64,000 nucleotides of DNA from Candidatus Multivoradales bacterium (GCA_965248055.1 CBDFIJ010000004.1:2464001-2528000), one strand, 5' to 3'. Positions 39,232 through 50,132 are shown, counted from the first letter of the stretch. Program-made: numbers and translations. The notes: a model not told the origin generated them from the letters alone.

Positions 39232-40673
39232 ACGTGCAAGCCTTGCTTCAAGACTTCCCGATCCAGGGGCCGATACCTTATGACCTTGAGGTGATGGGGA
39301 TTGCCATGGACTCGCGCAAAACGACTCCAGGAGATCTCTTTGTCGCTTTGATCGGCTCCAATTACGACGGCCGGATGTTTGCTGCCCAAGCAGTTGCCAA
39401 CGGAGCAGTGGCGGTTTTGGCCGAAGGGCCTGAGGTCGATTCCGCTTCGGTGCCATGGCTGCAGACGGAAAACGCCCGCAATCTTCTCGGTCCGATGTCT
39501 TCGCGTTTGTGGGCGCAGCCGGATCAACGGCTGAAGATGGTTGGTATCACTGGCACCAACGGCAAGACTACTCTGGCCGAGCTGTCCTCCGCGATCCTTG
39601 AGGGCGCTGGCGTGCGTAGCGTGCGGATCGGAACTTTGGGTACCCGGTTTGGCGATCATCAATCAGGCCCGCAACGAACCACCCCGGAAGCTCCGGAGCT
39701 CTACGCTTCTCTTGAGCGAGCGGCTGATCAAGGAATCGAGGCTGCGGTGCTGGAGGTTTCGTCTCACGGAATCGCTCAGGGCAGGGTCGGTGAACTGGAA
39801 TTCGACGTTGCGGCCTTCACCAATCTGAGCCGCGACCACTTCGACTTCCACGATGGTTGGGAGGATTACTACAGCACCAAGAAGCGGCTATTTGACCAAC
39901 TCAAGGTCGGCGGCAGAGCAGTGGTTGGTACCGACGATCGATATGGACAGCGCCTGGTGTCAGAGCTGTCAGACGCCCTCACCTACGGTCGAGATGGAGA
40001 GATCCGGGCACAGCGCGCCGAGCTTTCGTTTACCGGGATCCGAGCGACGGTGCGTACCCCTAGAGGCGATATCGAGATCGAGAGCCCTCTGATTGGGGCC
40101 TACAACTTGAGCAATCTTCTGGGCGCAATGGCGATTGCCGAAGTCTTGGAAATCCCTCATGGCCGGGTAATTGCCGGAATCGCCGAAGTAACTCCGATCG
40201 ACGGTCGACTGGAGCCGGTGCCGGGGAGAGTTCCGGCATTCGTCGACTACGCCCATACCTCGGCAGGTCTGGAGGCGGCTCTTGGCGCGTTAAGAGAGCT
40301 GGGAGCAAAGCATCTAATCGTGGTTTTTGGCTGTGGGGGTGACCGTGATGTTGGCAAACGAGTACCCATGGGTGAAGCAGCAGGAGCCCTGGCAGATCTG
40401 GCTATTGCCACCTCGGACAACCCACGCAGTGAGAATCCTCAGCGAATTCTCGACGCAGTCGAAGAGGGGCTAAGAGCGACCTCCGGACCGTCAGGGTACC
40501 TAGTAGAACCCGACCGCAAGACCGCGATTCGTCGAGCGGTCCAGGAAGCCACTGCGGAATCGGTGATTTTGGTGGCCGGCAAAGGTCATGAGCGAGTGCA
40601 GATTGTTGGTGCGCAACAGATTCCTTTTTCCGACCAGATGGAACTGCGACAAGCCTTCGAGGTGGAGCGGTGA
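39228..40673 (+). CDS. murE: UDP-MurNAc-tripeptide synthetase (meso-DAP type)
   Basis: GTNGKTT, TTPE, EVSSH, DYAHT, DNPR. Confidence 0.97.
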   Translation: MNVQALLQDFPIQGPIPYDLEVMGIAMDSRKTTPGDLFVALIGSNYDGRMFAAQAVANGAVAVLAEGPEVDSASVPWLQTENARNLLGPMSSRLWAQPDQRLKMVGITGTNGKTTLAELSSAILEGAGVRSVRIGTLGTRFGDHQSGPQRTTPEAPELYASLERAADQGIEAAVLEVSSHGIAQGRVGELEFDVAAFTNLSRDHFDFHDGWEDYYSTKKRLFDQLKVGGRAVVGTDDRYGQRLVSELSDALTYGRDGEIRAQRAELSFTGIRATVRTPRGDIEIESPLIGAYNLSNLLGAMAIAEVLEIPHGRVIAGIAEVTPIDGRLEPVPGRVPAFVDYAHTSAGLEAALGALRELGAKHLIVVFGCGGDRDVGKRVPMGEAAGALADLAIATSDNPRSENPQRILDAVEEGLRATSGPSGYLVEPDRKTAIRRAVQEATAESVILVAGKGHERVQIVGAQQIPFSDQMELRQAFEVER

Positions 40674-42079
40674 CCCGGGCGATCAGCTATGCCGTTGAGG
40701 CGATGCAGGGCAGCCTGATCTGGGGCAGCGAAACCGCTCAATGGGAGGGCGTTGATATCGACTCTCGGCGGCTCACCGGTGGCGAGCTATTTATTGCTCT
40801 GGCGGGGGAGCGAGTGGACGGGCACGATTTCGTTAACGCAGCCTTCGAGGCCGGTGCCTCGGGTGTGGTGGTTGAACATCAGCTTGAGATGGTCGGGCAG
40901 CCGGAGACGCGCGGGGCCGGGATCTTGGTGTCGGACAGTTTCGTTGCTTTGCATCACCTAACCCGCAAAGTACGGAGTGAGAAACCCGAGCATTTGGTTG
41001 CGGTCACCGGGTCTGCTGGGAAGACCACCACTAAGGAACTACTGCATCGGATGTTGGCCAAGCGATTCCGTACGGCTGCCAGTCCAGGGAACTTCAACAA
41101 TCTCTACGGATTTCCGCTGTCGCTGCTCAACATCCCCAACGATACCGAGTGGATGGTGGCTGAGATGGGAATGTCGGAGCCGGGGGAACTGGGCCAGGTC
41201 AGTGCGCTAGGTCAACCTGAGATGGCGGTTTTCACCAACGTCGGGGAAGCGCACCTGGAGCGATTGGGCTCGCTGGAGGCGGTTGCCGAGGCAAAAGCCG
41301 AGTTGTTGCTGGGGCTTCAACCCGAAGGCTTGGTGGTGGCCAATTGTGACGACCCATGGGTTACGCAAATAGCGCAACGCCACGCAGACGCCGGTGGCCC
41401 GGTGGTGCTCTACGGCGCCGGCGAGCAAGCGGAGGTAGTGATCGGATCTCTGCAATCTGAGCCCGGGCGGACACTGTTCGACTTGTCGACAGTGGATGGA
41501 TCGGTAGCCGTAGATTTGCGCCTGCACGGGGATTACAACGCCTGGAATTTTGCCGCTGCTGCTGCCGCTGCGAATCAGGCAGGAGTTGACCTGGAGTCGA
41601 TCGCTGAGGTTGGTCTCGAAATAGCGCCGAACCGAATGCGAGGACGACTGGTGCGAGTCGGTGGCCTGACCCTGATCGATGACAGTTACAACTCCAACCC
41701 GCGAGCTTTCAAAGCTGCTCTGGCGTCCGCCTCCAAACTGCCCTGTGACCGCTGCCTAGTTGTGGCCGGGTCGATGTTGGAGTTGGGTGATGACGCGCAA
41801 CAACTTCATCGCCAGGCTGGGATCAACGCAGTCGAGTGTGGGTTCTCGTTGGTAGTGGGTGTTGGCGAAGAAGCGCGTTGGCTGGTCGATGCCGCTAATC
41901 AAGCAGGCGCCGAGACTTACTGGTACCCAGATGCTCCGTCAGCGTCCGACGATCTTGTGAAATTAGTGAAAACTGGAGACCTAGTGCTGGTCAAAGGCTC
42001 CAGGGGAGTGGCTTTGGAATCGCTGGTTGAACGGATCGAACGCGACTGGGTCGCGAGAGGGGAGCTGGATGCTGTATAG
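40670..42079 (+). CDS. murF: UDP-MurNAc-pentapeptide synthetase
   Basis: GSAGKTTTKE, GNFNN, EMGM, DDSYNSNP, MLELG, KGSR. Confidence 0.96.
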   Translation: MTRAISYAVEAMQGSLIWGSETAQWEGVDIDSRRLTGGELFIALAGERVDGHDFVNAAFEAGASGVVVEHQLEMVGQPETRGAGILVSDSFVALHHLTRKVRSEKPEHLVAVTGSAGKTTTKELLHRMLAKRFRTAASPGNFNNLYGFPLSLLNIPNDTEWMVAEMGMSEPGELGQVSALGQPEMAVFTNVGEAHLERLGSLEAVAEAKAELLLGLQPEGLVVANCDDPWVTQIAQRHADAGGPVVLYGAGEQAEVVIGSLQSEPGRTLFDLSTVDGSVAVDLRLHGDYNAWNFAAAAAAANQAGVDLESIAEVGLEIAPNRMRGRLVRVGGLTLIDDSYNSNPRAFKAALASASKLPCDRCLVVAGSMLELGDDAQQLHRQAGINAVECGFSLVVGVGEEARWLVDAANQAGAETYWYPDAPSASDDLVKLVKTGDLVLVKGSRGVALESLVERIERDWVARGELDAV

Positions 42080-43148
42080 CTGGCTCTACTCAATGCGGGA
42101 CGTCTCACCGCTGTTTAACGTCTTTCGCTATCTGACCTTTCGTACCGCTTTGGCCGTGGCTACCGCTTTGGTGCTTTCGTTGGTCTTGGGGCCGCGCATT
42201 ATTCGCGCGCTGCAGCGTTTGTCTGTGGGTCAGGAAGTTCGTGCCGAAGGGCCACAGAGCCATCACGTAAAACAAGGCACGCCGACCATGGGCGGGGTGC
42301 TGATCCTTTTTGCCGTGGTGGTGCCGACCTTGCTGTGGGCCGACCTAAGCAATCGATTCATTTGGCTGGTGGTGATCGTGACGTTGGCTTTTGGTGCGAT
42401 CGGGTTCACCGATGATTTTCTCAAGGTACGCCGCAAGCACTCCAAAGGACTCAGCGCGCGGGTCAAGTTTGTACTCCAGTTAGTGGTGGGTTTGGGATTA
42501 GTTTGGGCGGCTCTTAACACTGGGGATGGGTTCAGTACAGAGGTTGCCCTGCCGTTTTTCAAACGCGCAGTGTTCGATCTAGGCTTATTCTACGTTCTGT
42601 TTGTCGTCTTCATTTTGACCGGTGCCTCGAACGCGGTAAATCTAACTGACGGTTTGGACGGCTTGGCGATTGGCTCGACCCTGGTCGCGGCCTCCACCTA
42701 TGCCGTATTTACCTACGTCGCAGGCAATCGTGTGCTCGCCGAGTACCTGCAGGTGACCTACGTCGCCAGCGTCGGCGAAGTGACGATTTTCTGTGGCGCT
42801 CTGGTGGGCGCCAGCTTGGGATTTCTTTGGTTCAACTGTCATCCCGCCGAAGTGTTCATGGGGGATGTTGGTTCGTTGGCAATCGGCGGCGCGATCGGCA
42901 GCGTCGCTGTGCTCTCCAAGCAAGAGATATTGCTCGGCCTTGTGGGTGGCTTGTTTGTCATCGAGGCGCTGTCGGTGATCATTCAAGTGGGCTCGTTTAA
43001 GTCGACCGGTCGCCGGGTTTTTCGCATGGCGCCGATTCACCACCATTTTGAACTGGGTGGTTGGGCGGAGCCGAAGGTGATCGTGCGTTTTTGGATTGTT
43101 TCGATCTTTTTTGCCTTGATGAGCTTGGCGACCTTGAAACTGCGATGA
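42069..43148 (+). CDS. mraY: Phospho-MurNAc-pentapeptide transferase
   Basis: GTPTMGG, NAVNLTDGLDG, FMGDVG, APIHHHFE. Confidence 0.97.
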   Translation: MLYSWLYSMRDVSPLFNVFRYLTFRTALAVATALVLSLVLGPRIIRALQRLSVGQEVRAEGPQSHHVKQGTPTMGGVLILFAVVVPTLLWADLSNRFIWLVVIVTLAFGAIGFTDDFLKVRRKHSKGLSARVKFVLQLVVGLGLVWAALNTGDGFSTEVALPFFKRAVFDLGLFYVLFVVFILTGASNAVNLTDGLDGLAIGSTLVAASTYAVFTYVAGNRVLAEYLQVTYVASVGEVTIFCGALVGASLGFLWFNCHPAEVFMGDVGSLAIGGAIGSVAVLSKQEILLGLVGGLFVIEALSVIIQVGSFKSTGRRVFRMAPIHHHFELGGWAEPKVIVRFWIVSIFFALMSLATLKLR

Positions 43149-44500
43149 GTCGACCAGCCGCAATCCGTGAATGGCAACAAATCCTGGTTTATGGACTGGG
43201 TATTTCCGGTCGTGCCGCTGTGGCGCTGGCGGTGGCCCGCGGTCAAGAAGTGATCGCGGTCGATGACAACCCCGACTTGTCGCTCGATCGGTCCGATCCG
43301 AGGGTCGACTATCAGCTGGGTACCAACTTTGATCTTCCAGAGACAATCGGCGGTGTGGTCATCAGCCCGGGAATTTCGTCGGATTCCTTGCTACTGACCC
43401 AAGCTTCAGCGCTTGGCATCCCCGTGACTTCAGAAGTCGAATTCGCCTATCAGTGGAGCGACTCAGGAAGCTTCATCGGAATTACCGGGAGCAATGGCAA
43501 GAGCACAACCACGGCTCTCACCGGTGAGATTCTGCAGCGCGGTGGGCACAGCGTTGCGGTGTGTGGAAATTTTGGTCTCCCGCTGTCATCTGCGGTCCAA
43601 GATCCGGTGGACTACTACGTTGTCGAGTTGTCGAGCTTCCAGCTTGAGCGTATCGACGCCTTTCATCCTCGCGTTGCGGCTTGGCTCAATCTTTCCTTTG
43701 ATCATTTGGATCGACACGGCACCATGTCCGATTACGCCCAGGCTAAGGCGGCGATTTTCCGCAATCAGACCGCTGATGACACTGCGATATTGAATCTCGA
43801 CGATCCGGTGGTTTGCTTGAGTCAAAGCGCTGCCCACCAGGTGACCTTTTCCACGCGTCGGCAAACGACGGAAGGATGCCATCTAGATGGGGATCAAGTG
43901 GTCGAAATATCTGATGGGCGTCGCCTGCCGCTGTTTAGCCCGAGCGACTCGACCTTACCGGGGTTGCACAACTTGGAAAACGCCATGGCGGCTAGCCTGA
44001 TTGGCCGCTCCTTGAGTGTTTCTCGAGAGATCGTTCGCGACGCAGTTCGGAGCTTCCGAGGTTTGCCGCATCGCAGTGAGTTGGTTGCGGAGATCGATGG
44101 CGTGCGCTACTACAACGACTCCAAAGGAACCAATCCCGCGGCCAGTGCTCGTTCTCTGACTGCCTTTGGCGCCAACCGTGTTCATCTGATTGTCGGGGGC
44201 CGTTCCAAAGGTGTCGAACTCGGGGAGTTCGTAGCCGCCGCCGATGGACGGGTCAAGCGAAGTTATGGCATCGGTGAAGCCGGACAAGAGCTGATAGCGG
44301 CTCTATCAGCGATCGCCCTCGGTGACGATTGCGGCGACCTGGAAGCGGCAGTATCCGCGGCTTTCAAGAGCGCCGAACCGGGCGACGTGGTTCTGTTGTC
44401 ACCTGCTTGCGCCAGCTACGACCAGTACCGCAACTTCGAAGAGCGTGGAGATCATTTCCGTCTCTTGGTTGAGCAGCTATCTGGGGTGCAAGGTGGCTAA
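43145..44500 (+). CDS. murD: UDP-MurNAc-L-Ala:D-Glu ligase
   Basis: GSNGKSTT, ELSSFQL, DHLDRH, NDSKGTN, LSPACAS. Confidence 0.97.
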   Translation: MSRPAAIREWQQILVYGLGISGRAAVALAVARGQEVIAVDDNPDLSLDRSDPRVDYQLGTNFDLPETIGGVVISPGISSDSLLLTQASALGIPVTSEVEFAYQWSDSGSFIGITGSNGKSTTTALTGEILQRGGHSVAVCGNFGLPLSSAVQDPVDYYVVELSSFQLERIDAFHPRVAAWLNLSFDHLDRHGTMSDYAQAKAAIFRNQTADDTAILNLDDPVVCLSQSAAHQVTFSTRRQTTEGCHLDGDQVVEISDGRRLPLFSPSDSTLPGLHNLENAMAASLIGRSLSVSREIVRDAVRSFRGLPHRSELVAEIDGVRYYNDSKGTNPAASARSLTAFGANRVHLIVGGRSKGVELGEFVAAADGRVKRSYGIGEAGQELIAALSAIALGDDCGDLEAAVSAAFKSAEPGDVVLLSPACASYDQYRNFEERGDHFRLLVEQLSGVQGG

Positions 44501-45578
44501 GAAACTCGCCTTCGACATGGTGTTGTTCACTGCTGTAGTGGTGCTCGTTGCTTTGGGCTTGGTGATGGTGGAGTCCGCGTCGACTGTGGTTACCGACGGA
44601 CATCAAAACGGCTTTAGCCGGTTGTTCACAAAGCAGATTTTGGCGGTCGGGCTGGGCTTGATCGCGATGTTGGTAGTGATGCACATCGACTACCGAAAAC
44701 TTGGCAAGCCAATGGTGTTTGGGTTGCTTGTGCTAGCTGTGGTGACGTTGCTAATTGCAGTGCTATTCGGTCCCACGGTCAATGGAACGCGACGCTGGAT
44801 CCTGCTCGCCGGATTCTCGCTTCAGCCGTCGGAATTGGCGAAGTTCGTCGGGGTGATTTTTATGGCGGTGACGATTCACCGGACTGCGGAGTCGGAAAGA
44901 GATCGCGACCTATTGTTCCCGGCGTTGCTGGTTCCTGGGGTGTTCGTGGCATTGATTCTTCTGGAGGCAGATCTGGGGACCGCGATTGTGATCGCCGCCA
45001 TCACCGGTCTAATGCTGTTCCTCGGCGGGTTGCGATGGCGCTATGTGCTACCCGTTGCCGCCGGAGCGCCGCTGTTCGCCTACTTCTTGGTCCAGCACGT
45101 CGAATACCAGAAAGACCGATTGACCGCCTTTTTGCATCCTGAGAACGATCCTTTGGGGCACGCTTGGCAGGTCAAGCAATCTTTGATCGCTATCGGTTCC
45201 GGGGGACTTTGGGGGCTGGGCCCGGGAGAGAGCTTGCAGAAGCTCTATTTCTTGCCGTTCCCTTATTCAGATTTCCTCTACGCCATCGTCGGCGAGGAGT
45301 TGGGCTTTATCGGGGCGGTTGCGGTGGTCCTGCTCTTTGGAGTCTTTGCCTGGCGGGGCATTCGCGCCGGGACTCGCGCACAAGATCTATTGGGTCGCCA
45401 TCTGGCTTGGGGGATCACGGCGGTGATCGTTCTTCAGGCCCTGCTACATGTGTCGGTCGCTCTGTCGCTAGCACCGACCACCGGCATCACTCTGCCGCTG
45501 ATGTCTTACGGTGGCTCGTCGATGGTCGTGACCCTGGCCGCGTGCGGTGTTCTTCTCAACGTTTCTCAACACGGATAG
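44493..45578 (+). CDS. ftsW: SEDS peptidoglycan glycosyltransferase FtsW
   Basis: RRWI, QPSELAK, IGSGG, EELG, LPLMSYGGS. Confidence 0.96.
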   Translation: MAKKLAFDMVLFTAVVVLVALGLVMVESASTVVTDGHQNGFSRLFTKQILAVGLGLIAMLVVMHIDYRKLGKPMVFGLLVLAVVTLLIAVLFGPTVNGTRRWILLAGFSLQPSELAKFVGVIFMAVTIHRTAESERDRDLLFPALLVPGVFVALILLEADLGTAIVIAAITGLMLFLGGLRWRYVLPVAAGAPLFAYFLVQHVEYQKDRLTAFLHPENDPLGHAWQVKQSLIAIGSGGLWGLGPGESLQKLYFLPFPYSDFLYAIVGEELGFIGAVAVVLLFGVFAWRGIRAGTRAQDLLGRHLAWGITAVIVLQALLHVSVALSLAPTTGITLPLMSYGGSSMVVTLAACGVLLNVSQHG

Positions 45579-45582
45579 TGGG

Positions 45583-46677
45583 ATGGATGAAGGTCATACG
45601 CAACACCGCAAACATGCCGTGGTTACCGGAGGCGGTAGTGCTGGGCACGTCCATCCGGGGTTGGCAGTCGCCCGGGAACTCATCGAACGGGGGTGGAGCG
45701 TGAGTTGGATGGGGCGTGCCGGTAGTTTTGAGCAGCGCTTGGTGGCAGGGGCTCAAGTGGAATTTGACGCGGTCCCGGCGCTGCCGGTCGTCGGCCGTGG
45801 CTTGCTTGGCAAGACGCGAGCTGGAGTGGTGGTACTGCGTGGGGCACATGCTGCGCGAAAGATCTTGAAGCGACGCAAGGCGCAAACGGTCATCGGCACC
45901 GGAGGGTACGTCTCGGTCCCTGGTGTTCTGGCGGCCAAGATGCTCGGTCGTCGAGTGCTCTTGTTTGAACCCAACGCGGTTATGGGAGTGGGGAATCGCC
46001 TGCTCGCCTGTTTTGCCGATCGGATCGCCTGGGGTCATCCGGGACCCCAGACCGGCGGTAAAAACGTGGTGACCGGAGTTCCCGTCAACGAATCATTCTC
46101 GAAGGTGACACAGAGCCAGGGAACTGAGCGAAACTGCTTCCAGATTCTGGTGCTCGGCGGCAGCCAAGGGTCGGAGGAACTCAATCAAGTGGTTCCCAAA
46201 GCCCTTATGAAGCTCGCTCCAACCTTGCACAGAGGCCTGGCTGTTCTTCACCAATGCGGCTCGCAGCACGAGGCAGTGACCCAACAGCGGTACCAGCAGG
46301 TTGCGGCCTCCGTGGAGGTGGTCGTTCGTGGCTTCTTGAGCGGCGTGGCAGGTCACATGAAGCGTTCCGACTTGGTGATCAGTCGCGCTGGGGCCCAGAC
46401 GTTGGCTGAATTGGCTGCGGCTGGAAGGGCGGCAATTTTGGTGCCGTTAATGATCGCCCACGGTCATCAAGAGAGCAACGCGAAGCGGTTGGTTGAACGA
46501 GGTGCCGCGTGGTCGTCGCCCCATCCCTCCGCCGAGCAACTGGCGGAACGACTCACAGCTCTACTCTCCGATCCAAGTTTGGTTCAAATCGCTAGCCAAT
46601 CGATGGCAGAGCAGGCGACGCCGCGGGCCGCGGCCCACATTGCCGATTTAGTAGAAGCCCTGGAGGAAGCGGCCTGA
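45583..46677 (+). CDS. murG: Lipid II GlcNAc transferase
   Basis: GGGSAGHVHP, GGYVS, EPN, GGSQG, SRAGA. Confidence 0.96.
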   Translation: MDEGHTQHRKHAVVTGGGSAGHVHPGLAVARELIERGWSVSWMGRAGSFEQRLVAGAQVEFDAVPALPVVGRGLLGKTRAGVVVLRGAHAARKILKRRKAQTVIGTGGYVSVPGVLAAKMLGRRVLLFEPNAVMGVGNRLLACFADRIAWGHPGPQTGGKNVVTGVPVNESFSKVTQSQGTERNCFQILVLGGSQGSEELNQVVPKALMKLAPTLHRGLAVLHQCGSQHEAVTQQRYQQVAASVEVVVRGFLSGVAGHMKRSDLVISRAGAQTLAELAAAGRAAILVPLMIAHGHQESNAKRLVERGAAWSSPHPSAEQLAERLTALLSDPSLVQIASQSMAEQATPRAAAHIADLVEALEEAA

Positions 46678-48062
46678 TGTTTCGCCAGTTCGCCAGTCTC
46701 AAGAAGGTCCACTTGGTGGGGATCGGTGGCGCTGGCATGAGCGGAATCGCGGAAGTGCTGGCCGCCAACGACTTTGAAGTGACCGGTTCCGATCTCGAAG
46801 CGTCGGAGGTCACCAAACGTTTGCAACGACTGGGTCTGAAGATCTACATCGGACACCAGGAGTCGAACCTCAAGGCGGCTCAGTTGGTGGTGATTTCGTC
46901 GGCAATTCCACAGCACAACGTCGAAGTTGTGGCCGCGCGCGAACGCGGTATTGCAGTGGTGCGGCGGGCTGAGATGTTGGCAGAGTTGATGCGGCTGAAG
47001 TATGGAATCGCGGTCGCTGGAACGCACGGAAAAACCACCACCACGTCGATGATCGGCACTCTGCTGACCGAGGCTGGAATGGACCCGACGGTGATCGTGG
47101 GCGGTCGATTGAGAGTATCGGGAACTGGGGCTCGGTTGGGCGGATCTGAATATATGGTCGCCGAAGCCGACGAGTACGATCGCTCGTTTCTGCACCTACA
47201 GCCGATTCTGGCGGTGATTACCTCGATTGAAGCCGAGCACCTGGACACTTATGGTGACCTCTCTTCGATTGAGGATGCTTTCGTCGAGTTCGCCAGCCGG
47301 GTGCCGTTTTTTGGCCGGGTCGTGGTTTGCCTCGATGAGCCGAACATTCAGGCGATCCTGCCGAGATTGGCGAATCGCCGAATTACCACTTACGGAACCT
47401 CACCTCAGGCTGATTTGACCGCTTCCGAAATTGAACACGGTGACGGCGGCGTTCGGTTTCAAATTCGCCATAAAACCCTTGGCGAACTCGGCGAGATCTA
47501 TCTGCCGATGCCCGGGATCCACAATGTGCGCAACGCCCTAGCGGCGGTAGCGGTGGCAATGGACCTGGGGGTTGAATTCGAGCGAATCAGGCAGATCCTG
47601 GCAGAGTTTCCAGGCGTACATCGGCGCTTTGAACGTTTGGGAACCTGGCGCGAGGCGACAGTCGTAGACGACTATGCCCATCATCCCTCCGAGGTACAGG
47701 CGACGCTTGTGGCGACTCGGGCAGCTTATCCAAGCAGCGCGATTCGCGCCGTATTCCAGCCGCATTTGTACAGCCGCACCCGGGATCAGGCGCCGGCCTT
47801 CGGACGCGCTCTATTGTCTGCTGACCAAGCGGTGGTGGTGGATATCTATGGCTCCCGCGAGCAGCCGATCGAGGGCGTTGATGCGGGACTCGTTGTCGAT
47901 GAGGCCAAGGGTTCGGGACACAGAGAGGTGACGTGGATTCCAGATTGGCGCGACGCGGTCGAGATTTTGCGTCAGAGAGTTGAGCCTGGAGATGTGATTA
48001 TCACTCTCGGCGCGGGGGACATTTATCAGCTAGCGGAGCAACTGGTGGAGTCCAATCCATGA
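46677..48062 (+). CDS. murC: UDP-MurNAc:L-Ala ligase
   Basis: GIGGAGMSG, GTHGKTTT, EADE, DDYAHHP, FQPHLYSR. Confidence 0.97.
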   Translation: MFRQFASLKKVHLVGIGGAGMSGIAEVLAANDFEVTGSDLEASEVTKRLQRLGLKIYIGHQESNLKAAQLVVISSAIPQHNVEVVAARERGIAVVRRAEMLAELMRLKYGIAVAGTHGKTTTTSMIGTLLTEAGMDPTVIVGGRLRVSGTGARLGGSEYMVAEADEYDRSFLHLQPILAVITSIEAEHLDTYGDLSSIEDAFVEFASRVPFFGRVVVCLDEPNIQAILPRLANRRITTYGTSPQADLTASEIEHGDGGVRFQIRHKTLGELGEIYLPMPGIHNVRNALAAVAVAMDLGVEFERIRQILAEFPGVHRRFERLGTWREATVVDDYAHHPSEVQATLVATRAAYPSSAIRAVFQPHLYSRTRDQAPAFGRALLSADQAVVVDIYGSREQPIEGVDAGLVVDEAKGSGHREVTWIPDWRDAVEILRQRVEPGDVIITLGAGDIYQLAEQLVESNP

Positions 48063-48853
48063 GCCAACTGGTTGAATCGCAGCGTACGTTTCCGTTTCGT
48101 CGTCGGCTATTTGTCGCCCGGCATCGAAAGCGAAGCGTTTGGCTGCGGTTATGGAAGCCCTTGGTCAAGGCCCTATTGGTGGTGGGGGTACCGACGGCGC
48201 TGGGTTTGTGGGTTTTGACTGCGCCGCAATTCACCCTGCAGAACGTGACCATTCGTGGCACCGAGCAAATTGAGGGGTCTTGGGTTCAGCAGCGTCTAGC
48301 TACCTACCAGGGGCGGCCTTTGGTCTCGATGCCCATGGCCGCGGTCGAGGCTCGAGTCTCCTCGCATCCATGGGTTGCAGCAGTTCAGGTTAACAAACAA
48401 CTACCCAGCCAGCTCGAGGTGGAAATCCAAGAGCAGGTTCCTTGGGCGGTGGTTCGTTCAGGCGAGGGAGCCGACTTCGTCGACCAACAAGGACATCGCT
48501 TTGCTCCCTTTAGTTCTACCGCTCGCTGGGCCAACTTGCCGCTTATTGAGGGCACCGAAGAAGTGGATGTCCTGGCTCGCGCAGTCGCCGTGGTGAAACA
48601 ACTGGGCACGGTGAACCCGAACTGGGGAGCCAAGGTATCGCGAGTCGAAGCGCTCAACGATTGGGATTTTCGTATCGAGACCCACGCCTTACCGTTCGCC
48701 CTGACCGTGAATGCGAACTCGGTCGAGGATGCGATACGCAGTCTTTCGACTCACTTGGGCCAAATCCAAAGAGAGTTTTCTCAGATTCAAGCTGTGGATT
48801 TGAGAGTTAGTGGATCAATTGTCGTTCAACCGGAAACGCAGCAAGAGGAGTGA
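48059..48853 (+). CDS. ftsQ: Cell division protein FtsQ
   Basis: TM helix, POTRA domain (HPWV..V..QLP), C-terminal VDLR. Confidence 0.9.
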   Translation: MSQLVESQRTFPFRRRLFVARHRKRSVWLRLWKPLVKALLVVGVPTALGLWVLTAPQFTLQNVTIRGTEQIEGSWVQQRLATYQGRPLVSMPMAAVEARVSSHPWVAAVQVNKQLPSQLEVEIQEQVPWAVVRSGEGADFVDQQGHRFAPFSSTARWANLPLIEGTEEVDVLARAVAVVKQLGTVNPNWGAKVSRVEALNDWDFRIETHALPFALTVNANSVEDAIRSLSTHLGQIQREFSQIQAVDLRVSGSIVVQPETQQEE

Positions 48854-48857
48854 TGAG

Positions 48858-50099
48858 ATGGCAATGAATCCTTTGGTGGCAATCGATGTGGGGTCTTCCA
48901 AGGTCCATGTCTTGATTGGTCAGGCGAATGGAGAAGAAATCGAGATTCTCGGTGTCGGCAAGGCAGCAAACCTGGGCACCCGACGCGGGAACATCGTAAA
49001 CATTGAAGTCGCCGTTCAGGCGGTCAAGTTGGCCAGCGAAGAAGCCGAGGTGATGGCCGGATGCGAGATTGAATCCGCTTACGTCGGCGTTGCTGGCGTC
49101 GACATTCGCTGTGTCAACTCGCGGGCGTCAATGCAAATCGGGCAGCGTCGGGATCGAGAGATTACCCGCCGAGATATTGACAAAGTACTGGAGGCTGCCC
49201 AGTCAGCGGCATTGCCGTCCGACCGCGTCGTTTTGCACGCGATTCCGCAAGAATTTGAGGTCAATGAACAGGGGGGCATTTCCGACCCGATCGGCATGAT
49301 GGGCAGTCGTTTGGAGGTTGCAGTTCACTTAGTGACCGCCAACGCGACTCGCTCTAAGACTCTATTGACAAGCATCAATCGGGCCGGTATCGAGGTGACT
49401 CAGATGGTGTTCGAGCCCCTGGCTACCTCAGAAGCGGTTCTCACCCACGACGAGCGAGAGCTCGGCGTCTTGCTGATCGACGTGGGTACTGGCACCACCG
49501 AGTACACCCTTTTGGCCGACGGCTTTCCGCAGCATTCTGCGGTACTACCGATGGGCTCCCATCACTTCACCAACGATCTTGCGATGGTGCTGAGGACACC
49601 GTTTGCTGATGCCGAGGAAATCAAGATACGACGAGGCTGCTGCATGCCAGGAATGGTTGAGGACGACGAAGGAGTTGCCATCAGCGCGGTTGGTGATGGC
49701 GCGTCTCGAGTGGTTCCTCGCCGCGAGCTGTGCGACATTCTGCAACCCCGAGCTGAGGAGCTGCTCCTGCTCATTCGAGACGACTTGTTCAAGCACGGCT
49801 TTGAAGAGCCATTGCGCGGTGGAATTGTATTGACCGGGGGTGGATGTGAATTGGATGGGCTACTGGAGATGACCGAAGAGGTCTTCGACTCGGGAGTTCG
49901 CTACGGTGTCCCTCAGGGGTTCTCCGGCTTGCCGGAAGAACTCAGGTCACCAACTTGGACCACCGCAGCAGGACTTCTGGTTCACGCACATCAAGAACGA
50001 AATCGCGCCAATCGCGGTTCGCGAAGCCCACTTTCGGTTCGCGGCATGGCTGGCAGTATTAGAGAAATTTTTCGCCCACTGACGGGTACAGATAGATAA
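48858..50099 (+). CDS. ftsA: Cell division protein FtsA
   Basis: IDVGSSK, IDVGTGTT, VLTGGG, amphipathic tail. Confidence 0.96.
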   Translation: MAMNPLVAIDVGSSKVHVLIGQANGEEIEILGVGKAANLGTRRGNIVNIEVAVQAVKLASEEAEVMAGCEIESAYVGVAGVDIRCVNSRASMQIGQRRDREITRRDIDKVLEAAQSAALPSDRVVLHAIPQEFEVNEQGGISDPIGMMGSRLEVAVHLVTANATRSKTLLTSINRAGIEVTQMVFEPLATSEAVLTHDERELGVLLIDVGTGTTEYTLLADGFPQHSAVLPMGSHHFTNDLAMVLRTPFADAEEIKIRRGCCMPGMVEDDEGVAISAVGDGASRVVPRRELCDILQPRAEELLLLIRDDLFKHGFEEPLRGGIVLTGGGCELDGLLEMTEEVFDSGVRYGVPQGFSGLPEELRSPTWTTAAGLLVHAHQERNRANRGSRSPLSVRGMAGSIREIFRPLTGTDR

Positions 50100-50132
50100 G
50101 TGATGGGACCCCCAAACCCCTAGGAGGTAGTC

